Assembly: GCA_039028615.1 (NCBI GenBank)
Contig: JBCCHT010000034.1
Coordinates: 1 to 64,000, forward strand
DNA from: Myxococcota bacterium
GTDB lineage: Bacteria > Myxococcota_A > Polyangia > Nannocystales > Nannocystaceae
Direction of reading: 5' to 3'
Length of the DNA stretch: 64,000 nucleotides
Shown here: positions 9,538 to 17,075 of the stretch, in pieces
How the letters are laid out: each line of letters starts with the position of its first letter
Position numbering within the stretch: position 1 is the first letter of the stretch
Made by a program: the position numbers and the translations under genes
The notes under the pieces: generated by a model
Database searches by the model: none
What the model was told of the DNA's origin: nothing
The model's input: only the letters and a program-made list of their open reading frames with translations

Positions 9538-11478
9538 ATGCCCGAACCCACGCCCGTGGCTAGCAACCCGTTTTCTCTGGTCGCCTTCGTCCTGTTCAAG
9601 GTCCGCTACTCCCTCGAGGAATACGACGGGACCCGCCCCCCACGATGGGTTCGCATCTCCCGGGGTCGGCAGTTCTCGGGCGAGATTCTCAGCGACATCG
9701 TCAGCGGAGCCGTCTTGGGGCTCTCCGAAGCCACGACCTACATGGCCGACCTGACGATTCGGATCGAAGAGCTCCTCATCCAGACCGACGCGGCCAAGGC
9801 CATCGCCGAGGTCACCCTCGACTTCATCGAAGCTGCCAGTAGCCCCGAGTTCGCTGCCGCCGTCAGCACCTTGGTCGGGCCCTCCTTCAGCCCGGACGTG
9901 ACCGATGCGCTCGACGACATCAACACCGCGGCGCAGAACATCGAGAGCTATCTCGACTACATTCCCGAGCCCGAGGACGTCCGTCAGCTCGGCCACGAGC
10001 TCTATCAGCTGCTGTGCATCGTGCAGCGCGACTTCCCTCGGCAAGCCGACGGGACCATCGACGCGGCGGACGCAGAGCTCGCGGGCACCGACCACATCAA
10101 CATCGACACGACCGGCAAGGTCCGCCTGTGCGCGTGGGCATACGCGCGGCGCGTCCGTGCCCGTGGCCTCGGCGAGGACCGAGTAACGATCGACGTGGAC
10201 TCCTTCGGCACCCGTCGGCTCTTCGCGGGCGGGACGCTGCCCACCGACAGCGATGGCGAGTGGGTCGGCAACGAAGGGTCGATCGAGGTCTTCGAATTCG
10301 AGTACGACGCCGCTCCCTTCGTGGACCTCGAAGAGCTCGTCGAGCTGCTCGGCGCCCACGGCTACGAAGACCCCGCCGTCCCCGTGTCGCCCACCGAGGT
10401 CACGGCCGCGATCACCCAGCTGCTGCTTCAGTTCCAGTTCATCAACGAGCTGCCGATCTCGGGCGAGGTCGACAACCACACCATCAACCGACTGATGAAC
10501 CTCGACTACGGGCGCAAGAACCTGAGACGCGCTCGCCCCTACGATCCCGACGCCGACTGGCCGTGGGGCACGGAGCCGACCGACGTTCCGGTTCCCACGG
10601 GCCGCGAGCTCCAGCTCGTGAACCCCGGTGCCGATGGCTTCGAGGACGAGGGCATCACTCCGGTGCCGCGCTCTCCCTACGACTACTACGAGGTCCGAGT
10701 GGCGGGCGAGATCGGCAGCCCCGCGAACCTCCCGCTCGGCCAAGGCTGGGTCTCCGACTCGGGCAGCCTTCGTGGGTTCGTCGCGATGCGCTCGCGCATT
10801 CGCAACGTCGAGGAAGGCACCGAGGGTCGCTACGACGGCGGCATCTGGTCCGAGGGCGAGGCGGCGTTCGGTCAGTACTTCTGGGCCGCGCGACACGTCG
10901 AGCCCTGGCGGGCCGGGCGAACCGGTGACCCACAAGAAGGGGCGCTGTTCGGGAGCTTCGGCGCGTCGCAGCCGGCCGAAGGCCTCATCTCGCGCATGTT
11001 CCAGTGGGTCCTCGTGCCTCCGGCCGTGCTCGTGTCGCCCTTTGCCTCCGTTCCCGCCGGCAGCACCGCGAGGCTCTACGTCGTGGCGAGTGCACTCCAG
11101 CGTTCCCTGTTCAGAGATCGGGGAAGCAACGGGCGCCCCGACCGAGGTCGAATCATCCTCGAGGCCTACGACAACACGTTCTACACGCCGGCGAGCACCG
11201 TGCTGCAAAACCGCGACCCGGTGCAGAGCGTGGCCTCGGCAGAGACGGCCCTGTTCCCCGATCACGGCACGACCTCCGTCGCGCTGACCTTGGACGAGGT
11301 CGATCGCAAGCGGGTCTGGTTCCTACGCAAGACGGAGCCACTCGACCTGACCGGGATCGCCAATATCTCGGCGCTGTGTTTCGTCGCCGAAGGTCAGCAC
11401 CAGAGTGCGTTCGACACCGACGCCTACTTCGACGATTTCCGCCTCGAGTACTACTGGCGGATCGTCCCCGACGCCTAG
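9538..11478 (+). CDS. Multidomain candidate cargo: helical domain (paralog 3), peptidoglycan-binding domain and C-terminal galactose-binding-like jelly roll
   Basis: RBS gaggag. PG_binding_1-like LVELLGAHGY...QFQFINELPISGEVDNHTINRL. LVNPGAD...DAYFDDFRL brackets a CBM/FBA-type fold. Confidence 0.65.
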   Translation: MPEPTPVASNPFSLVAFVLFKVRYSLEEYDGTRPPRWVRISRGRQFSGEILSDIVSGAVLGLSEATTYMADLTIRIEELLIQTDAAKAIAEVTLDFIEAASSPEFAAAVSTLVGPSFSPDVTDALDDINTAAQNIESYLDYIPEPEDVRQLGHELYQLLCIVQRDFPRQADGTIDAADAELAGTDHINIDTTGKVRLCAWAYARRVRARGLGEDRVTIDVDSFGTRRLFAGGTLPTDSDGEWVGNEGSIEVFEFEYDAAPFVDLEELVELLGAHGYEDPAVPVSPTEVTAAITQLLLQFQFINELPISGEVDNHTINRLMNLDYGRKNLRRARPYDPDADWPWGTEPTDVPVPTGRELQLVNPGADGFEDEGITPVPRSPYDYYEVRVAGEIGSPANLPLGQGWVSDSGSLRGFVAMRSRIRNVEEGTEGRYDGGIWSEGEAAFGQYFWAARHVEPWRAGRTGDPQEGALFGSFGASQPAEGLISRMFQWVLVPPAVLVSPFASVPAGSTARLYVVASALQRSLFRDRGSNGRPDRGRIILEAYDNTFYTPASTVLQNRDPVQSVASAETALFPDHGTTSVALTLDEVDRKRVWFLRKTEPLDLTGIANISALCFVAEGQHQSAFDTDAYFDDFRLEYYWRIVPDA

Positions 11479-11500
11479 GCACCGAAAGGACCCTCATCTC

Positions 11501-12136
11501 ATGTCCGACCTCATCGAGACCTTGCGGGCGATCATTCGCGACGAGCTGCAGATGCTCAAGATCGCCGACATTGGCGTGGTGACCAGCGTCTTCCCTCATG
11601 CCGAGGGGGACACCCACAACCACGAGTGCAATGTCCAACTTCGGCACAGCGAGCTGGAGCTGCGCAAGGTCCCGATCGCAACGCCGCATATCGGCATGGT
11701 GAGTGCGCCTCGGGTCGGCGACTTGGTCCTGCTCAGCTACGTCGGTGGTGATGGCAACCGCCCCATCGTCACCGGGCGACTCTACTCGAACGAGGCCAAC
11801 CCGCCCGAGTACGGGGAGAAGAGCCTGATGCTCCAAGCTCCATTCGAAGGGGAGACCTCGATCGAGATCGACGAAGACGAGTCGGTCATCGTCACTGCGG
11901 GCAAGAACGTGCTCACGATGTTCAAGGACGGAAACATCGAAGTGAGCGCCGAGGGTGACCTCGCGCTGACCGTCAAAGGCAACGTCGATCTCAGCTGTAG
12001 CGACTGCACGGTCGATGCCTCGGGCGAGATCAACCTCGGCACGGGTGGCCACCCGGTCATCACCGAGGGAAGCCACAAGTGCTACTACTCGGGCGCTCCT
12101 CTCGTGGGTGCGTCCTCGGTCAAAGCCAAGCTCTGA
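11501..12136 (+). CDS. Central spike (baseplate assembly protein V / gp5 OB-fold plus beta-helix)
   Basis: RBS gaaagga. IGVVTSV...CNVQL...VPIATPHIGMVSAPRVGDLVLLSYVGGDGNRPIVTGRLY, beta-repeat C-terminus, and tip motif SHKCYYSGAP. Confidence 0.9.
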   Translation: MSDLIETLRAIIRDELQMLKIADIGVVTSVFPHAEGDTHNHECNVQLRHSELELRKVPIATPHIGMVSAPRVGDLVLLSYVGGDGNRPIVTGRLYSNEANPPEYGEKSLMLQAPFEGETSIEIDEDESVIVTAGKNVLTMFKDGNIEVSAEGDLALTVKGNVDLSCSDCTVDASGEINLGTGGHPVITEGSHKCYYSGAPLVGASSVKAKL

Positions 12137-12142
12137 GGACTC

Positions 12143-12586
12143 ATGCCCACGCCGACATCAGCCGCGCTGGAGAACCTGGCCAAGTCCGCCGTCCGCAACG
12201 CGGGCCTCGAAGGCGAAGACGCTCCCGCGCTGGGTACCGCCATGGCGGACTTGCTGGCGCAGGTCCTCCAGATCTTCGCCGGGCAGACGATGGTGCTTCC
12301 CGGGATCCCGGCTGCCGTCAATCCCACGAGCGGAACGGGGAGCACGGTCGGCCCCGGCACCCTGTTGCCGCCGCCCGCGGGAGGACCCAACGCTGCCACC
12401 ATCGAACCGCTGGCGCTCGGTGCCCTCCAAGGCGCGGGCCTGAAGGGCGAGGACATCCCCAAGCTGGCCGGGGCACTGGCCGACACCATCGAGGTTGGGC
12501 TCACCATGTTCTGTGCTCAAGCCCTGGTCTCGCCGGGCATCACCGTGGCCGGCTTTGCCACCGCCGCGCCAGGGAGGCTCAGCTGA
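12143..12586 (+). CDS. Spike-adjacent small protein with two ~70-aa repeats
   Basis: Two copies of PxxAxxExxA...AGLxGEDxPxL...VxPGI...TxxPGxL. Confidence 0.75.
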   Translation: MPTPTSAALENLAKSAVRNAGLEGEDAPALGTAMADLLAQVLQIFAGQTMVLPGIPAAVNPTSGTGSTVGPGTLLPPPAGGPNAATIEPLALGALQGAGLKGEDIPKLAGALADTIEVGLTMFCAQALVSPGITVAGFATAAPGRLS

Positions 12587-12795
12587 TGCCCGCTCCCACC
12601 GCTGCGCAGCTCGAGTCGATCGCGCTCGGGTTCATCCAAGCCGCCGGTCTCCGCGGAGAGAATGCGCCCGACCTCGCGGCAGCCGTCGCCGAAGCGGTCG
12701 CGGGCGCGCTCGACCAGTTGCTCTCCCAGGCTCAGGTCGCCCCCGGCATCGCCTGCTCACCTGCAGCCACCGTCGCGCCCGGGAGGCTCCTATGA
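12586..12795 (+). CDS. 69-aa protein carrying a third copy of the same repeat
   Basis: TGATG overlap at the start and ATGA at the end. MPAPTAAQLESIALGFIQAAGLRGENAPDL...VAPGI...TVAPGRLL. It is the C-terminal part of the listed 12079..12795 ORF. Confidence 0.75.
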   Translation: MPAPTAAQLESIALGFIQAAGLRGENAPDLAAAVAEAVAGALDQLLSQAQVAPGIACSPAATVAPGRLL

Positions 12796-13211
12796 GCGTT
12801 CGACCTCACGCCGATCTTCGGCTCGAGTTTCGTGACGATGGCCTCGTCGACCTGAGCCGTCGCGGCCGCGACCTCGACACCACGGACGACATCGACAACC
12901 TCATCCAGGCGCTGCAGATGCGACTGCTCACCATGCAGGGCGAGCTACGTCGACTGGGGCACCCGCGCTACGGCAGCCGTGTCTCCGAGCTGGTCGGCGA
13001 GCCGATGACTCGCCAGAACCTCGAGCGACTTCGTCGCCACGTGCAGCGAGCACTGCGCTCGGATCCCCGCGTGAAGCTCATTCAGTCGCTGCAGGTGCGC
13101 CCCATCGCAGCCGAGCCCGGAGCCGTCGATGTCTCCGCCACCATCCAACCAGATCCGCAGAAGCTGCTGGGTCCCGCGTTCGAGTTTGGAGTAGTCCTCG
13201 ATGTTGGCTGA
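12792..13211 (+). CDS. GPW/gp25 family baseplate wedge / sheath initiator
   Basis: DNLIQALQMRLLTMQGELRRLGHPRYGSRVSELVGEP...ALRSDPRV. Confidence 0.9.
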   Translation: MSVRPHADLRLEFRDDGLVDLSRRGRDLDTTDDIDNLIQALQMRLLTMQGELRRLGHPRYGSRVSELVGEPMTRQNLERLRRHVQRALRSDPRVKLIQSLQVRPIAAEPGAVDVSATIQPDPQKLLGPAFEFGVVLDVG

Positions 13212-14772
13212 ACGACCATTCTTGAAGAAGACCTTCGCCGAGGTCGTCGAGTCGACGCTCGCCGATCTCCGCTCCGGCCGAGACAACCGCGTAGTCCTCG
13301 ACGACGCCACCGCGGGTAGCGTGCTGCGAACCCTCGTCGAAGCCTTTGGCCGAGAGCTCGCCGTGGCCTACGAGCAACTCGAGCGGATCTATGAGGCCGG
13401 CTATCTAGACACTGCGACCGGAGCCTCGCTCGACAAGGTCGTGGCCCTGCTCGGGGTCGAGCGGCTCCAAGCGGGGTGGATCGAAGGCGAGGTGGTGTTC
13501 GCCCGAACCACCGCGGCTCCCTTCGACGTCGCGATCCCGGCCGGGACTCTCGTCAGCGGCAAGGACATCCCCGTCTTCGAGACCCTGGCCGACGCCACGC
13601 TCGCCGCGGGAGCTCGCGAGATATCGGTCCCGGTGCGCTCCCTCGAGCCGGAGGGCATCGTCGTCGAAGCCGAGCTGATCACGGTGCTCAACCGGCCGGT
13701 CACCGGGATCGACACCGTCAACAACCCGCTGAGCCTCCAGCCCCGTCGCGATCCAGAGTCGGACCTCGATCTCCGCGACCGGGCCCGCGGTGCGGTACGC
13801 GGCGGGAGGACGGCGACTCGTTCTGCGCTCGAGCGAGCGGTACGAGAGCTGGGTCTGGTCGAAGTCGAGTTCATCGAAGACCCCCAGCGCCCCGGCATCG
13901 TCGACCTCGTGCTCGCCGACCAGGACATCAACGACGTCCTCTTCGAAGAGGTCCTGCGGCGCGTCGAGGAGGTCCGCCCCGCGGGCATTCGCGTGCACGT
14001 CTTCCAGGCCACGCCGGTCTTCGTCCGCGTGCGCGCCCGCATCCGCCTCGAGATCGACGAGAGCCCACAAGCCCGAGGTGTGCTGTCAGCCGCGCTGGGC
14101 GAGCTACTCGACGATCACTTTCGATCGCTGGGTGTCGGTCAGACCGTGCAGTGGAACAAGATCCGCAACATCCTCGCCGGTCACCCTCAGGTAGCCGAGG
14201 TCGAGCTGTACGACGATCGCTGGGCCCTGCTCCCCGCCGACGACAACGGCTCGGCCGCCCTCGAAGAAGACGGCACGCCCTTCGTCGACGACGAAGACAG
14301 CACCGCCGCGGCCCAGCGATTGCTCGGCGACCTCGCCGAGCCCGAGGGCATCTTCGTCGGCATCGAAGAGCGAGCGCAGCTTCCCGAAGCGGGCATCCAG
14401 CTCGAGCTCGCCGCCCCCGAGCCCCCCGCGTGGATCGACGTCGAACTCAGCTACTCCACCACGGAGCCGGAGGGCATCGACACCGACACCTTCGAGGCCG
14501 AGCTCCGCTCTCAGCTCACCGCGATCCTCCCCGAAGGAGCGATCGTCGCCAACGTCGAGTACACCTTCGAGCAGCTCCGAGCCGCAGTCGAAGCCGCGTT
14601 GCTGCCAGACACCACTCTGGAGTCGGTCCGCTTCATCGTCCTCCACTCCGTCGACGGCCAGGTGGTCACGGTCGACCAAGAGGACCCGGGAGCGAGCGAT
14701 CGGGCGGAGCTGCGGCTCAGCGAGCGCGTCGTCATCCGTGACGTACGGCTGCAGGAGGTCGAGAGCGCCTGA
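13201..14772 (+). CDS. Baseplate J/gp47 family protein with a duplicated C-terminal domain
   Basis: GSVLRTLVEAF, YLDTATGASLDKVVALLGVER, IPAGTLV, RDPESDLDLRDRA and EEVRPAGIRV. Confidence 0.92.
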   Translation: MLAERPFLKKTFAEVVESTLADLRSGRDNRVVLDDATAGSVLRTLVEAFGRELAVAYEQLERIYEAGYLDTATGASLDKVVALLGVERLQAGWIEGEVVFARTTAAPFDVAIPAGTLVSGKDIPVFETLADATLAAGAREISVPVRSLEPEGIVVEAELITVLNRPVTGIDTVNNPLSLQPRRDPESDLDLRDRARGAVRGGRTATRSALERAVRELGLVEVEFIEDPQRPGIVDLVLADQDINDVLFEEVLRRVEEVRPAGIRVHVFQATPVFVRVRARIRLEIDESPQARGVLSAALGELLDDHFRSLGVGQTVQWNKIRNILAGHPQVAEVELYDDRWALLPADDNGSAALEEDGTPFVDDEDSTAAAQRLLGDLAEPEGIFVGIEERAQLPEAGIQLELAAPEPPAWIDVELSYSTTEPEGIDTDTFEAELRSQLTAILPEGAIVANVEYTFEQLRAAVEAALLPDTTLESVRFIVLHSVDGQVVTVDQEDPGASDRAELRLSERVVIRDVRLQEVESA

Positions 14773-16511
14773 TGGTCGAGGACCGCACACGCCACGATCG
14801 TCTGCGATCGCTGCTGCCTCAGGCCTACGCGACCAACCCCGCCGACAGTGCGCTGGGGGTGGTGCTCGAGGTCCTCGCCGATCGTCTCCGCGAAGCCGAT
14901 CGAGCGATCGAGCGCGGCCTCCGAGACAAGTGGCTCGCGACCGCCAACGGTGAGCGTGAGCCGATCCCGGCCGAGGGCGAAGCGGGCTCCGAAGCAATCG
15001 CTGCCCTTCCCCTCCTCGACCTCGGCGACAAGCCGCGCTCGCTCGAGTACCTCGGCGCCGCGCTCGACCTGCTACGCCAGCCCTGGGAGGCCGACACCGA
15101 GGCCTACCGCGGCCGCGTCGAGATCCTCGCCCCTGCGTTGGCGGGCGGTCTCGGCACCACCCGAGCCATCATCGCCGTCTCTACCAGTTCGCTGGGCGCC
15201 GAGCCGTGCCCAGTCCTGGAGCACGAAGACGACGCGACCCGAGGCTTCGGCCTTCCTCCGGGCAGCCTCGCCCGCTGCCGTACCTGCCAAGGAGGACAGA
15301 CTCCACCGCCCGGGACCCCGTGCCCGCTTCGCGACCGCGCCACCATGAGCGTGAGCGTCGTGGACAACCCGCGACGAAGGGTGCCTCTCGTTCGTCAGCA
15401 GCTCCGCCCGCGCGAATCGAGCGGCGCTCGAGTGCACTTCAACAACCTGAGTCTCTTCGCCGACCGCCCCGAGCTCATTCTGTCCGTACCCGCGAGTGCG
15501 AGCGAGCCCGTCGTGCCTCGCTTTCGCAGCCTCACCACGGACGAAGAGATCATCGTGGCGAGAGCGCTCGCCCCTGGTGACACGCTGAGCATGCGTGGCC
15601 CCAACCCGCACGACCCCTCGACGCCGCGGCAGCGACAGCAATGGGTCGATCGTCCCGCTGCGTTCGCGAGCGCCCCGGCCCGGGTGCGAGTCGGCACCGA
15701 CCTCGACGTCCCCGTCTTCTCCGTCGAGAACGGGGCGGTCTTCGACGAGGCCACGTTCGACGACGACCCATTCATCTCGAACGGCCTCTCCGAAGCCGGC
15801 GACCTCGCCCTGCCCTCCGTCGTTCCCGGTCAGAACACCTGGGTCTACCAACCGCTGTCGCGGGCGGAGCTTCAGTCGCTGCTCGATGACCTCGACCCGG
15901 CCCTCGACCCCGGCGACCTCCCGGACCCAGCGACCATTCCCGAGACTCCGGCCGAGGACGACGAGGTCAGCCTCGAGCTTCGCTGGTGGGTCCGTGCCCC
16001 GTCGCGTTTCTTGGTGCGCATCCCTCTGACGACCGCGGTACAGCAAGCCCTCGCCGCAGGCGCCACCGACTACCTCCGTCGGATGATCGACCGCGCTCGG
16101 CCCGTGGGCGTCCTGCCGATCATCGACTTCCTCCAGCCCGTCGAGCCCGAGCCGCTCGAGCCCCTCGACGCCCTCGGTGCGTTCGACGTCGGCATTGCCG
16201 AGGATGCCGATCCTCTCGACCTGCTGATCCCACAAGACCTCGACTTCAGCGAGCCCGTGGAGCCCGAGGACGGCGGTGGGTTCATCGGCGTCTTCGACGT
16301 CACCGTATTCGACTTCAGCGTCTTCGCCGAGACCGACATCGAGCCCGGCGTCTTCGACATGACCTACTTCGACGCCAGCCTCTTCGGCGACCTCGAAGTA
16401 GAGCCGGGCGAGTTCAACTCTACGTACTTCGACTTCGCCACCTACAACGACCTATCGACCGAGCCCGGAGAGTTCGGCACTACCTACTTCGGATCCGCCT
16501 TGTTCCAGTAG
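14772..16511 (+). CDS. Baseplate wedge protein (P2 gpI / Mu gp48-like) with a Cys cluster and C-terminal FD repeats
   Basis: LRSLLPQAY, WLATA, LEYLGAAL, EAYRGRV...GLGT and IDRARPVGV; follows baseplate J. Confidence 0.7.
   Translation: MVEDRTRHDRLRSLLPQAYATNPADSALGVVLEVLADRLREADRAIERGLRDKWLATANGEREPIPAEGEAGSEAIAALPLLDLGDKPRSLEYLGAALDLLRQPWEADTEAYRGRVEILAPALAGGLGTTRAIIAVSTSSLGAEPCPVLEHEDDATRGFGLPPGSLARCRTCQGGQTPPPGTPCPLRDRATMSVSVVDNPRRRVPLVRQQLRPRESSGARVHFNNLSLFADRPELILSVPASASEPVVPRFRSLTTDEEIIVARALAPGDTLSMRGPNPHDPSTPRQRQQWVDRPAAFASAPARVRVGTDLDVPVFSVENGAVFDEATFDDDPFISNGLSEAGDLALPSVVPGQNTWVYQPLSRAELQSLLDDLDPALDPGDLPDPATIPETPAEDDEVSLELRWWVRAPSRFLVRIPLTTAVQQALAAGATDYLRRMIDRARPVGVLPIIDFLQPVEPEPLEPLDALGAFDVGIAEDADPLDLLIPQDLDFSEPVEPEDGGGFIGVFDVTVFDFSVFAETDIEPGVFDMTYFDASLFGDLEVEPGEFNSTYFDFATYNDLSTEPGEFGTTYFGSALFQ
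16281..16508 (+). repeat. Four ~20-aa in-frame repeats (EP)GxFdxTxFdxxxF
   Basis: GVFDVTVFDFSVF / GVFDMTYFDASLF / GEFNSTYFDFATY / GEFGTTYFGSALF at 60-nt spacing. Confidence 0.9.
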
Positions 16512-16538
16512 GCCAACCCCGACCAAGGATCTTTTTCG

Positions 16539-17075
16539 ATGCGTGAATCATTCAACCCGCAAGGGCGACTGACGATGACGATGACCGACCCGGTGACTGG
16601 CCACGTCGTCCTCCGTCGCTCCGCTCGCAACCTGGTCACGCTAGCGGGACGCCAGCTGCTATCCAACCTCTTCTCCGGGACGATCAGTGGTTTCGACGCG
16701 GTGGAAGTCGTGGTGGGCAACGGGGGCATCCCCGGCGCGTCCGCGGGCGACCCCGCGGCCCCCGATGTGGCCGACGTGGCCTTGGCCCATGACGACGACG
16801 GTGGCAGCGAACCAGCGCCCGCCCCCATCGTCGCCGAGATCGGCACACCGACATCACGCGACTTCGATGGCATCGAGCGCATGGTGACTCCGGTCTTGGC
16901 CACGCTCGAGGCCAACCCCGGCGGTGACCCGCTCTACCTCCGCGAAGCCGGCATTCAATTCACGCTGCCCGCCGAAGGCGGCAGCACCACAACTCTCTAC
17001 AACCGGGTCGTCTTCGGTCTCATCACCAAGGACCCCAACCTTCAGCTCACGCTTTCCTGGGAGATCATCTTCTGA
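16539..17075 (+). CDS. Tail-fibre attachment / collar-like protein
   Basis: RNLVTLAGRQLL...LREAGI...LYNRVVFGLITKD...LTLSWEIIF, a pattern typical of fibre-collar domains after baseplate genes. Confidence 0.6.
   Translation: MRESFNPQGRLTMTMTDPVTGHVVLRRSARNLVTLAGRQLLSNLFSGTISGFDAVEVVVGNGGIPGASAGDPAAPDVADVALAHDDDGGSEPAPAPIVAEIGTPTSRDFDGIERMVTPVLATLEANPGGDPLYLREAGIQFTLPAEGGSTTTLYNRVVFGLITKDPNLQLTLSWEIIF

Noticed and set aside
9142..11265. Long antisense ORFs (also 3893-5452, 23164-25092, 40296-42392, 47876-49804, 50044-52011, 54636-56477, 56732-58591)
   Set aside because: Shadow ORFs typical of high-GC DNA, lying opposite genes with clear motifs.
12079..12585. N-terminal extension of ORF 12079..12795 (similarly 2138, 11405, 12495, 31881, 32439, 36641, 40806, 47740, 50047)
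   Set aside because: The extensions overlap other genes or are Arg/Pro-rich noise. Downstream ATGs with an RBS, coupling or a family-typical N-terminus fit better.
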